From an uncultured cyanobacterium (GTDB lineage: Bacteria > Cyanobacteriota > Cyanobacteriia > Cyanobacteriales > CAWUOF01), in contig CAVUSO010000001.1 of NCBI GenBank assembly GCA_963744145.1, positions 3,104,001-3,168,000 of the forward strand: DNA of 64,000 nt. Reading direction: 5' to 3'. The position numbers and the translations under genes were made by a program. Below, piece by piece: positions 22,355 to 34,767 of this stretch (positions are counted from its first letter, which is position 1; each line of letters begins with the position of its first letter). The notes below the pieces were generated by a model, which saw only the letters and a list, made by a program, of their open reading frames with translations, was not told the origin of the DNA and did no database searches.

Positions 22355-22773
22355 TGGTTTATATTATATCAGGCTTTTTAAATTTCTGCTATCTTCTGAT
22401 CCCTGATCGTTAAGATTAGTTTACCCTGGATAGTCATCTTTCCACAGGCAACATTTTTTTCTCTTATTGAAAATTTTAGATAACCAGAAACTTATAATAA
22501 ATCATTATAGCCTAAAATGACTTTCGATATAAATGGGTATAAATAGAATTGAGGATTTTTTTTTCGGAATACCTACCTCAATAGTCCGGACGTTTTTTAT
22601 GCCATAGCCTGAAATCTCTGATTTTTCATTGACAGAGCAAGAATAATAGGTGGATAAAACACTTATTCTACCGTTGGCAATCAAAAACTGTCCGAAGTAT
22701 TGACTTAAAACAGTTATAATATTAGAGTGGAGGTTCTGTAGATCGCGACTTCTTAGTTAAGACTTTAATTCTC

Positions 22774-23190
22774 ATGCCAGCAAAAGATACTTACCATGAA
22801 ACAGTTAAAAATGCTTTAATTAAGGATGGCTGGACTATTGTAGCTGATCCTTATACGATAAAATATGAGGAACTACAGTTATTTGCCGATTTGTTTGCGG
22901 AAAGAGTAGTAGAAGCTCAACGAGATGGACAACAAATTATTGTTGAAATTAAAAGTTTTATCAGTCGCTCGGCTATGTACGACTTTGAATTGACATTAGG
23001 CCAGTATATTGTCTATCGTACTTTATTAAAAACTATTCTTCCTGAGTCTAAAATATATTTAGGAATTGGCCAAGAGATTTATCAATCATTTTTCACCCAA
23101 AAAGCGATTCAACTTGTAATTCAAGAGAATAATATTCTTTTAATTGTTATTAATCTTAATCAGGAGGAGATTGTACAATGGATAAGTTAA
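22774..23190 (+). CDS. xisH: XisH family protein
   Basis: MPAKDxYHxxVKNALIKDGW..DP, VEIKSF, LGQY..YR. Confidence 0.95.
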   Translation: MPAKDTYHETVKNALIKDGWTIVADPYTIKYEELQLFADLFAERVVEAQRDGQQIIVEIKSFISRSAMYDFELTLGQYIVYRTLLKTILPESKIYLGIGQEIYQSFFTQKAIQLVIQENNILLIVINLNQEEIVQWIS

Positions 23191-23522
23191 GTCATTATCG
23201 CAATTTGATCAAAAAAATTCTGACAGAATACGAACAATTAGCTTCACAAACTCCTAATCCTACTGGGGTTGACAGTGTATTAGCTTTTGATGACGAAAGG
23301 GATCAATACCTTTGGGTTCAAATAGGTTGGCATGAAAGTAAAAAAGTTAGAGGTATTACCGTTTATGTGCGGATTAAAAATGAGAAAATCTGGATTGAGG
23401 AAGATTGGACAGAAGCAGGTATTGCTACTGAATTATTAAGGGAGGGAGTCCCTCACTGTGATATTGTTTTAGCTTTTCATTCTCCAGAGATCAGAAAGTT
23501 TACGGAGTTTGCGTTAGCGTAG
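23178..23522 (+). CDS. xisI: XisI family protein
   Basis: Paralog of 17145-17486. Confidence 0.93.
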   Translation: MDKLSHYRNLIKKILTEYEQLASQTPNPTGVDSVLAFDDERDQYLWVQIGWHESKKVRGITVYVRIKNEKIWIEEDWTEAGIATELLREGVPHCDIVLAFHSPEIRKFTEFALA

Positions 23523-23534
23523 CTTACCGTAGGT
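23514..23534. mobile_element. 21-nt HIP1 insertion identical to 17478-17498
   Basis: GCG|TTAGCGTAGCTTACCGTAGGT|ATCGC. Confidence 0.8.
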
Positions 23535-23625
23535 ATCGCTTAAATTGCCATCAATTTTTACAGCAATTGCTCACCTATCCTCAAAGTGCGATCGCATCTT
23601 CTTTGTTACCATAAAGAGGGATAAC

Positions 23626-25216
23626 TTAAGTTTCGATCGAGAATTGCTCTGGGTCAATATCCCAGTTTACCCAAGTCACAGCTTCACGAGCAGATTGGAT
23701 AGTCGGAGGTACTCGTAAAACATGAATATGAGCTGTGCTAGGACAAGTCATCTTTAATAAATACATAGGTTCTCTATCGATATTATCTATTCTTAATAGA
23801 GTATATTCTCTCCAACAATTTAATTCTCTTGCTGTTAATTCTTGGCAAATTCTTTCATAACCAAATAATTGAATTAAAGCTCGACGTTATTAAAAGAAAA
23901 TCTTGATTATTATCCCTAAGTAAACGCCTTACAGCATTAATAGCTGATTTATTAATGATACTATAATTAAAATCAATATTAAAGAGATGAATATGATTGG
24001 TCATTGAACAAGTAATTTTCAGTGCATAATGTTCTACATTTTTTAATTTTAATAAAATAAATTCTTGCCAATGGTCTATTTCTACTACTTCTAATTCTTG
24101 ATAAACTCGTGACAAACCAAAGAATTGAATTAAAGCTCGACATATTTCAACATTTTGTTCTTCTAAAATTAATGCTGGTCGCAACTTTTCAGGATGAATT
24201 TTATCATATTTTTCTGGAAAAATTATTCCATGATGAGCATATATATAATCATCTCCTATTTGGGTCGCGGGCATTCCATGCAATCTTTTATTTTCATCAT
24301 AGAAAACCTGACGAGGCAAATTATTAGGCTTACAGAGATGCCCAAATATTAAAAGAAAATATTGATTATTATTACTAAGTAAATTTGTGACAGCAAGACG
24401 AATATCTGATTTATCAAAATAACCGAAAATATTAAAGAGATGACTATGATTGGTCATTGAACAAGTAATTTTTAGTGCATAATGTTCTACATTTTTTAAT
24501 TTTAATAAAATAAACTCTTGCCAATGGTCTATTTCTACTACTTCTAATTCTTGATAAACTCGTGACAAACCTATTAGCTGAATTAAAATATCATTTACAT
24601 ATTGGTCTTGCTCTTCTAAAATCAATTTTGATTGTAACTTTTCAGGGGAAATTTTATCATATCTTTCTGGTAAAAATCTTCCATGATAAGCATACATATA
24701 GTAATTATCTACAAATTGAATTGCTGGAATTCCATGCAATTTTTTCTTATTATCATAAAAAAGATTGGGGGTAAAATTGTTAAACTTCGAGATATTTTTA
24801 AATACCAAAATAAAATCTTGATTATGACTACTAAGTAAATCTATTACAGCTTGACGAGCTGATTTATTAAGGAAGAAATCTGATTGTAAATGATGATCAT
24901 TATATGGAGGATGGAAAAGATAAATACGATTGTTTTTAACACAAATAACTTTTAATAAATAAATTGTTTCTGCATATAGGTATTCAGATTTTTTTATTGT
25001 TTTTTTCGGCTTTACTTTTAATAGTTGATATTCTCGCCAATGGTCTACTTCTCTTAATCTTAATTCTTGGGAAATGCGTGAATAACCTATCCGATCGATT
25101 AAAAGACAACGTATATTAATATCTGCTTCTTGAAAAATAAACTCAACTTTTAAATCATTATCTTGAAGTCCTTGGTATTTTTCTGGTAAATTTACTTGAT
25201 TATTTTGATAATTCAT
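23626..25216 (-). pseudogene. DUF6745-like repeat protein; main ORF 25216-23855, last repeat out of frame
   Basis: 453-bp internal duplication; downstream out-of-frame LLKMTCPST.HIHVLRVPP...AREAVTWVNWDIDPEQF..ET* ending at 23626. Confidence 0.7.
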
Positions 25217-25470
25217 AATTTTAATAGAGTAAAGTTAAAAATTAATCAAGATAATTCTCATTTTATCATTATATCATAACCTGTTGCAGGAATCAAGCTA
25301 AAAATAGCAAAATTTAAGCCATGGAAACTGGGAGAATGAGGGAAGAGATCGCCCAAACCAGCTAAAATCCGGAAGATCCTAGGGTATTGATCTACTTAAT
25401 CTAAGAAAATTTAATTAATATATATCTTTCAGCATTAGTCCCACTTCCAGAAATTGGCAAAACCACAATC

Positions 25471-28400
25471 ATGATGAAAAATTTTCCAGGGTATCAGCAT
25501 TTACGGCAAATTTACGACGGTGAAAACTCGCGGGTCTATCGCGCTCAACGGATTGAAGATCAGCAACCCACGATCCTGAAAATCCTCAAAGCAGAATATC
25601 CAACTCCCGACCAACTCAGACGTTATCGACAAGAGTATTACTTAACGCGATCGCTAGAGTTACCCAATGTAATTAAAGCTTATGGGTTAGAAGAATGGCA
25701 AAAAACCCTAGTAATTATTTTTGAAGATTTTGGTGGGGTTGCGTTGAAAGAGTGGTTGAAACAATACCCCCAGGGATTACCGCTTAATTTATTTCTGCTC
25801 ATAGCATTGGAAATTGCTAATGCTTTGGGTCAACTCCATAGTCAAGCTATTATTCATAAAGATATCAATCCAGCGAATATTGTCCTTAACCCAGAGACAA
25901 TGGTAATCAAACTGATCGATCTAGGTATTTCGACTCAACTCAGTCGGGAAAATCCGGTATTGCAATCCCCACTTTTTCTAGAAGGAACCTTATTGTATAT
26001 TTCCCCAGAACAAACCGGAAGGATGAATCGAGTAGTAGACTACCGTACCGATTTTTATTCTTTAGGAGTTACTTTCTATGAGTTATTGACAGGTAGATTA
26101 CCATTTATCAGCAATGATCCAATGGAATTAGTCCATTGCCAAATTGCTAAACAGCCTGTTTCCTTGGTAGAAATTAAAGGTGGAGAGATTCCCCAGATGC
26201 TGGTAGAAATAGTCAGCAAATTGATGGCAAAAAATGCTGAAGAGCGTTACCAAAGTGCTTGGGGACTGAAAGCAGATTGAGAAGAGTGTTTAATTAATTG
26301 GGAAAAAACCGGAACGATCGCAGTTTTTCCTATAGGTAGGAATGATATTGCCGATCAGTTTCAAATTCCGCAGAAGCTCTATGGTCGAGAGCGAGAAATA
26401 GCAGCATTATTAACAGCTTTTGAACGGATCGCAAGAGGTAAATCAACATTAGAAATTAGCAATCATGGGGCAGAGATTGTTCTGGTCACAGGTTACTCTG
26501 GAATTGGCAAATCAGCTCTAGTGCGATCGCTCTACCAACCGATGACAGCAAAAAGAGGATATTTCATTTCTGGGAAGTTTGACCAGTTTCAGCGAAATAT
26601 TCCCTATTCAGCTCTAGTAGATGCTTTGACCAACTTAGTGAAGCAACTATTAGGAGAGCCAGAAACAGTTCTTCAGCAATGGCAAAAACAATTATTACAA
26701 GCATTGGGAAACAACGGGCAAATCGCGATCGAGGTGATTCCTGATCTGGAATTAATTATTGGTAAACAACCACCCGTACCAGAATTGGGACCGATCGAAT
26801 CCCAAAATCGATTTAACTTAGTTTTTCAACAGTTGATCCAAGCATTATGTCAACCAGATCATCCCCTGGTCATGTTTCTGGATGATATGCAATGGACAGA
26901 TTTAGCCACATTAAGTCTATTGGAACAACTTTTGGGAGACAGTCAAATCCATAATTTATTACTAATTATTGCCTATCGAGACAATGAATTAGGGAGTGGT
27001 CATCCCCTCGATTTAGCGATCGCCCAACTGCAACGCAAGGAAGTCAATCTCGAACAAATTACCTTAACACCACTACCTTTAGACCAAATTGCACTACTAA
27101 TAGCAGAAACTCTACAATGTGAAACCCAATCAGTCTATGGGTTAGCTGAATTAGTGAAGCACAAAACCCAGGGAAATCCATTTTTTACCAATCAATTTCT
27201 CAAAACTCTTTATAGCGAAGGCTTACTGGTATTCAATCACATTTTAGCCTGTTGGCAATGGGATTTAGCCCGAATTGAGGGGATAGGTTTTACCGATAAT
27301 GTGGTGGAACTGATGATCGGACAATTGCAAAAGTTGCCCAAATCGGTGCAAGGGGTACTATCCACTGCGGCATATTTGGGGACAGAATTTGATCTCAAAA
27401 CCCTATCCTTGATCGAGAATCAAACACCAACAGTGATCTTTGCAGACCTCAAACTAGCAATGGAAGCGGGATTTGTGGTAGCGCGATCGCATCTAGATGA
27501 AAACTTGCTAATTCAAAATTACCAGTTCGGACATGATCAGATTCAACAAGCTGCTTATGTCCTGATTCCCGCAGATGAACAGGTAGCCAAGCATTTACAA
27601 ATCGGACGTATCTTATTAGAGAAAATTACCCATACCGATCTAGATGATAACTTGTTTGATATTGTCGATCACCTCAATCAAGGTCTAGCGCAGGTGAGTG
27701 ATCCTCATGAAAGGGAGGATTTTGCTCGTTTAAATCTCAGAGCAGGACAAAAGGCGATCGGTGCTTCTGCTTATCAAGTAGCGATCACTTACCTACAACA
27801 GGGAATTTTTCTTTTGAGTCCAAATTCTTGGGAATGTCAGTATGGTTTGAGCTTATTGTTGCATGAAGAAGCAGTCAAAGCAGCTTTCCTCAGTGGTGAA
27901 CTGGAGTTAATGGAACATCTGAGCGCGATCGTGATGACCAAAGCCCACACTGCTTTAGAACAGGTAAAAGTAAGTACGATTCTAATTGAAGCCTATGGCA
28001 ATCAGGGCAAACTCTTAAAAGCAATTGATATTGGCTTAGATATCTTAGCCCAACTAGGGATTATATTTCCGAAAACACCACAAGATGCTGATTGTGCCCA
28101 ATCTTTAGAAAAGATCGAAAGACTTCTGGCTGATAAACAACCAGGTGAACTAATTAATCTAGCCGAAATGCAAGATCCGATCGCCTTAGCAGCGTTGCAT
28201 CTTCTAGTTAAATTAAGACCTGTGGTTTTTACTAGCTCCCTAGCCTGCTTAAATTTGTTAATCACTCTCAAAGAAATAGAGCTTTCTATCTTTTATGGCA
28301 ATGCACCGCTTTCTGCAATAGCTTACTCCGCCTATGGACTATTTCTCTGTAGTCATGGTAGAAATAATATAGACAGAGGATATGCTTTTGGTGAATTGGC

Positions 28401-30573
28401 GCTGACCCTCATCTCACAGTCTGATAGTAAGGAATTTGAAACTACTGTCAAGATGATCGTACATTCCTTTATCAGTCACTGGAAAATTCATTTAAAAGAG
28501 ACTTTAGAACCCCTACAATCCGCCCATAATGTTGGTTTAGCTGTCGGAAATTTTGCTTATGCTGGCTATACCGCGTTTGACTATTGTACTCATGCCTATC
28601 TAATCGGTAAACCCCTCTCGGAGGTACAGCAAGAAATGCAACATTACAGTGCAGCTCTGAAGCGGATGGGTCAGCAATCTGCCCTATTCTATCTCCAAGG
28701 ATACCATCAGGCAGTGGTAAATCTGATGGATTCATCCTCCCAAACTTACAACTTTGCCGGAGAAATATTTGATGAACAAGAAGTGATTGAGCTGTTGAAG
28801 TTACAACAGAATCAAGCAGGACTATGGCATTTATATACGGTAAAACTGCCTTTATGCTATCTGTTTGAAGAATTTGTCCTCGCTCATCAAATTAGTGAAC
28901 TTGCGAAGCAATGTATTGGTAGTGGTATGGCTGGAGTTGCTGTACCGATTCTCTATTTTTACGATTCTCTCTGTTGTCTAGCACTGATGTCAGAAAAATC
29001 AATTCCAGAGTCGGATTTACTTTGGCAACAGGTAGAAGCGAATCAGCATTTGATGGAATATTGGAGTGTTTCAGCTCCCATGAATTATCGTCACAAGTTC
29101 GATTTAGTTGCAGCCGAACGCCAAAGACTATTAGGAGAAAAGCTAGCAGCGATCGCTCTGTATGAGAGTTCGATCGCTGGAGCTAAAGAACATGGTTATA
29201 TTCAAGAAGCAGCTTTAGCTAACGAACTCGCGGCTAAATTTTACCTAAGTTGGGGAATGGAAAAAATTGCTCAAGCTTATCTACAAGAGGCTCATTACTA
29301 CTACCTCTGTTGGGGTGCAACTGCGAAAGTTCATCATCTAGAAACTCGCTATCCCCAGTTTTTTGTAAGTGAACGATCGTCTTGTTTACCTATTTCTCGG
29401 ACTTCTCTTAATAGCAGTAGTAATAGTAGTAGTGCAGCTCTCGATTTGTCTACGGTGATGAAATCTTCTCAGGCGATCGCGAGTGAAATTGTGTTAGAAA
29501 ATCTCTTGCAGACTTTGATGAAAATTCTGCTAGAAAATGCGGGGGCACAGATGGGGTGTTTGTTGTTACCAACATCAACAACTTTAGGAACATCGACTAA
29601 GTTTTCGATCGCGATTTATCACCATGCTAATGGTACTAACTCTTATCCGACCCAAGCAATCAATCTAATTTTGCCAGAATCGTTGCTTCATTATGTAGCG
29701 CGTACCCATAAAAGTGTAATTCTTGATAATCCGGTAAATTCGGGTAACTTCAGCCGTGATCCTTATATTCAATCAGTACAACCACTTTCGATTTTATGCT
29801 ATCCGTTACTCAATCAAGGTGAATTAGTGGGGATAATTTATTTAGAACATCAAGTTACTACAGGAGCTTTTACTAGCACTCAGGTGGAGTTATTGCAATT
29901 ATTGAGCGGACAAGCGGCGATCGCGATTACTAATGCTCAACTTTATGCCAAAGTTAGAAATAGTGAAAAAATTCTGAGCAATTACAATCGCACTTTAGAG
30001 CAGCAAGTAGCAGAACGTACCGCAGCATTACAACGCGCTAATCAAGAATTAGCTCGACTAGCAATATTAGATGGTTTAACTAAAATTGCTAATCGTCGTC
30101 GCTTTGATGACTATTTGATGAGAGAGTGGGAACGACATCTTCAGGAACAACAATCTCTAGCTTTAATTTTAATTGATATCGATTATTTCAAACGTTATAA
30201 TGATCACTATGGACATCAGGGTGGTGATGAATGTTTAATTCGAGTAGCTCAGACTCTTGCTCAAGTCCCCCAATATCCTCACGATTTAGTTGCCCGTTAT
30301 GGTGGTGAAGAATTTGCTGCAATTTTGCCTAATACTAATATCAATGGTGCCTTAATTGTCGCTGAGTCTATCCGACAAGCGATCGCTGCTCTTGCTATTC
30401 CCCACGCTCAATCGGAGGTGAAAGAATATGTTACCTTAAGTTTAGGTGTAGCGGCTATTATTCCCACTCTTGATCAACAACCAGAAGAGTTAATTGCCCA
30501 AGCTGATCAAGCTCTTTACCGTGCCAAACATCAAGGTCGCGATCGCGCGATCGCCTATAGAAATATAATTTGA
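25471..30573 (+). pseudogene. Ser/Thr kinase-AAA ATPase-GAF-diguanylate cyclase, interrupted by one in-frame TGA
   Basis: IIHKDINPxN kinase, GYSGIGKS Walker A, GAF, ARYGGEEF; TGA at 26278 with the same frame continuing. Confidence 0.88.
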
Positions 30574-30920
30574 GTCGAATTGAATAAAAAATAGCAGGAG
30601 TTAATCACTTAGAAATCAAGGAAAGTCAAGTTGATCTAAACCAACTGCTCGGACTCATTATAAGCATTATATTTACTGACCAACTAAAAAAATAAAGCTG
30701 TATATAAAGTGGCATAGATAATTGGGTAATATCGGGTCAGATCAATGCTCTGGTAAAAAAAATGTAGTATACTAAACTCAGAGTGATGTGAGATTTTGAG
30801 ACATGACCTAGTAAAGATTTACAATTAATATGCTAAAAAACATCAAGGTGCTTTTCCTACTACCTCGGTCATATTTTCTCAAGTCTAATACTCGTTTATT
30901 TGACAACTACCTCCATTGTT

Positions 30921-31814
30921 ATGAAAAAATTGCTGAGATTTTTCTACTACCAAATTTTTGATATGCTGTCAGATGTTACAGTAGCCCACATTAGTTTTTT
31001 TATATCACATCGGCGTCAGCTGAATTTAAAAGGTGATACATTTAGCGATCGGATCACCTTCAGACGACTTTACCCATTATGTGCTGATTTTTGCATACTG
31101 ACAGATAAATATGAGGTGAGAAATTATGTAACCCAAAGAATTGGGAGCGAGTATCTAATTCCTTTACTCGCAATCACCGATGATGCAGAGAAAATAAATT
31201 TTGCCGCACTCCCGAATCAATTTGTGATGAAATCAAATCATGCTACTCAAAGAATCGAGCTGGTGTTTGATAAATCTAAAATCGAGGTAGAAGGTTTGCG
31301 AAAAATTGCCAGTGATTGGCTGAAGTATGATTTTTATAAAGCAACGCGGGAACAACATTATAAGGATATCCAGAGAAAAATTTTATTTGAAGAATTGCTG
31401 CTTGATGAAAATGGTAAGGTGCCCACCGACTACAAGTTCCATTGTTTCCGAAAAAATGGGGTGTTAAATCAATTTATTCAGGTAAATAGTAATCGCTTTG
31501 CTAACCATACTCTGGATTTTTTTGATTTGCAATGGAATAGATTGAATATTAAATTGCACTATCCTACATCATCTGTGCCCCCTGCTCGTCCCACCTTGTT
31601 AAACAAAATGTCGGAAATTGCCGCGATCCTTTCGGAGCAATTTAATTATATCCGGGTTGATTTATATTGTGTGAAAAACCAAATATTCTTTGGTGAATTA
31701 ACATTTACTCCTGGATGTGGATTGAAAAAAATGTATCCTCAGCAGGTTGATCGAGAATGGGGTATGCTGTTTGAGCCAGATGAGTTTTTCTATGGTGAGA
31801 TGAAGTGTAAGTAA
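30921..31814 (+). CDS. TupA-like ATP-grasp protein
   Basis: TDKYEVRxYV, LPNQFVMKSNH, DYKFHCF, RVDLY, FGELTFTP. Confidence 0.88.
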   Translation: MKKLLRFFYYQIFDMLSDVTVAHISFFISHRRQLNLKGDTFSDRITFRRLYPLCADFCILTDKYEVRNYVTQRIGSEYLIPLLAITDDAEKINFAALPNQFVMKSNHATQRIELVFDKSKIEVEGLRKIASDWLKYDFYKATREQHYKDIQRKILFEELLLDENGKVPTDYKFHCFRKNGVLNQFIQVNSNRFANHTLDFFDLQWNRLNIKLHYPTSSVPPARPTLLNKMSEIAAILSEQFNYIRVDLYCVKNQIFFGELTFTPGCGLKKMYPQQVDREWGMLFEPDEFFYGEMKCK

Positions 31815-31996
31815 CTGGTCTGGGACTAATCCAGGAGGTGATCAGGTTAAAGTTTAGGCTGAAATTGATCACCTCTTAGCTGTACTATATTGCTTGATCT
31901 CCTATCCTCCTCAAGTGCTATAACCTATCACTACCATAGATTTCAGACTTGATTGAAGTCGAAATGCTCCATCGGTCAAAATTTTTTATCACCCCC

Positions 31997-32025
31997 TTGA
32001 CAAAGTTGTAGTATGTGTGTAATAT
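31997..32025 (+). promoter_or_regulatory. Sigma70-type promoter of the Ro-like operon, with two operator-like repeats
   Basis: TTGACA-17 nt-TAATAT; TGTAGTAT (32007) and TGTAATAT (32018) overlap the spacer and -10. Confidence 0.75.
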
Positions 32026-32047
32026 ATTAGTTATGGAAAGGACACCT

Positions 32048-32065
32048 AGACCTGGACAACTTAAT
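32048..32065 (+). promoter_or_regulatory. boxA-like antitermination motif
   Basis: AGACCTGGACAACTTAAT resembles the cyanobacterial rrn boxA (GAACCTTGAAAAC) and lies just after the predicted TSS. Confidence 0.4.
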
Positions 32066-32096
32066 CAGCAACTAGAAATATAAAATAATAAGTTAA

Positions 32097-32315
<219 letters not shown>

Positions 32316-32368
32316 TATAATTATCCTCTATACCCAGAGATAAAGCTTACAGATATTGACCAGATTTT

Positions 32369-32499
32369 TCACTTCGCGCCCTGACAAAAAAAGCTTACAT
32401 ACTAGCCGAATTGGTACAGGCACTTGAATTCTAAATCAAGCGATTGCAGGTTCAAATCCTGCGTATAAGCAAACAGCTTTTTTAACTTGCGTGAAGTGA
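32369..32499 (+). ncRNA. tRNA-like cloverleaf (32393-32471) enclosed by an 11-bp outer stem; candidate Y-like RNA
   Basis: D arm GCC-GAATTGGTACA-GGC; anticodon arm CTTGA-ATTCTAAA-TCAAG; T arm GCAGG-TTCAAAT-CCTGC; bulged acceptor stem; outer TCACTTCGCGC/GCGTGAAGTGA, then T8. Confidence 0.8.
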
Positions 32500-32526
32500 T
32501 TTTTTTTGGGGTAAAGTGTCAATAAT

Positions 32527-32615
32527 GGCAGTTAAGTCGCACCCTCATCGGTAAAGCTAATCTAGCTTGATCACCAACTTGTGCGGAGATCTATCATTTG
32601 TGTGCGAAAACTGCC
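32527..32615 (+). ncRNA. Second end-paired structured RNA upstream of the Ro-like gene
   Basis: GGCAGTT/AACTGCC and TCGCAC/GTGCGA terminal stems; internal AAGCTA-atc-TAGCTT hairpin. Confidence 0.55.
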
Positions 32616-32646
32616 TCCTGAAAACTCCACAATCAAGGGGAGGTAG

Positions 32647-34086
<1,440 letters not shown>

Positions 34087-34090
34087 ATGT

Positions 34091-34114
34091 TTGGGTGAAA
34101 TTAATTTCACCCAA
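34091..34114. terminator. Perfect 24-bp palindrome between the Ro-like gene and kptA
   Basis: TTGGGTGAAATTAATTTCACCCAA. Confidence 0.55.
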
Positions 34115-34169
34115 CATTATTTTATGATTAGTGCTAGTTATCTCCCTTGGGGGTGCTATAATCATAATT

Positions 34170-34724
34170 ATGGACAATCCTCGGTTAGTAAAAATTAGCA
34201 AATATCTGAGCAAACATCTCCGACATCAACCTGAGCAAATTGGACTGGTCCTAGGAGTAGGTGGTTGGGTTTCTGTCGAAGAACTTCTGAGTGCTTGTGA
34301 AAAACACTCCTTTCCTATTACCCGTTTAGAATTAGATGAAGTAGTTGTAAATAATGATAAAAAACGGTTTTCTTTTGATGCTACTAACACTCAGATTCGC
34401 GCTAACCAAGGTCATAGTATCGAAATTGATTTACAATTAGAGCCAGCTATACCTCCAGCTATATTGTATCATGGTACAAGTGATCAGGTCGTACCATCAA
34501 TTTTAGACCAAGGTATTGGCAAAATGTCGCGCCATCATGTACATTTATCTACAGAAATTTCGATCGCACGAAATGTAGGTGCAAGACACGGTCGTCCGGT
34601 TGTTTTCGCGGTAGATACAGCCAAAATGCACCAAGATGGTTATATATTTTATTGTTCTGACAATGGAGTTTGGTTAGTTGATCACGTACCTGCTGAATAT
34701 TTACAAAAGATTGATCTAATTTAG
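34170..34724 (+). CDS. kptA: RNA 2'-phosphotransferase Tpt1/KptA
   Basis: SKxLSxxLRH, KKRF, IRANQGHS, LYHGT, RHHVHLS, NGVWL. Confidence 0.95.
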   Translation: MDNPRLVKISKYLSKHLRHQPEQIGLVLGVGGWVSVEELLSACEKHSFPITRLELDEVVVNNDKKRFSFDATNTQIRANQGHSIEIDLQLEPAIPPAILYHGTSDQVVPSILDQGIGKMSRHHVHLSTEISIARNVGARHGRPVVFAVDTAKMHQDGYIFYCSDNGVWLVDHVPAEYLQKIDLI

Positions 34725-34767
34725 CAATAAATTTTAAAACTTTTTTCGCAACAAAAAGGATATAATT

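Noticed and set aside
30763..30770. Single TGTAGTAT upstream of the TupA-like gene as a further operator
   Set aside because: Only one repeat and no matching -35 box; may be chance
32393..32471. Functional amber suppressor or standard tRNA-Arg
   Set aside because: 8-nt loop, bulged acceptor stem and enclosing helix prevent a confident decoding assignment; the nonsense lesions seen in this window are TGA, not TAG
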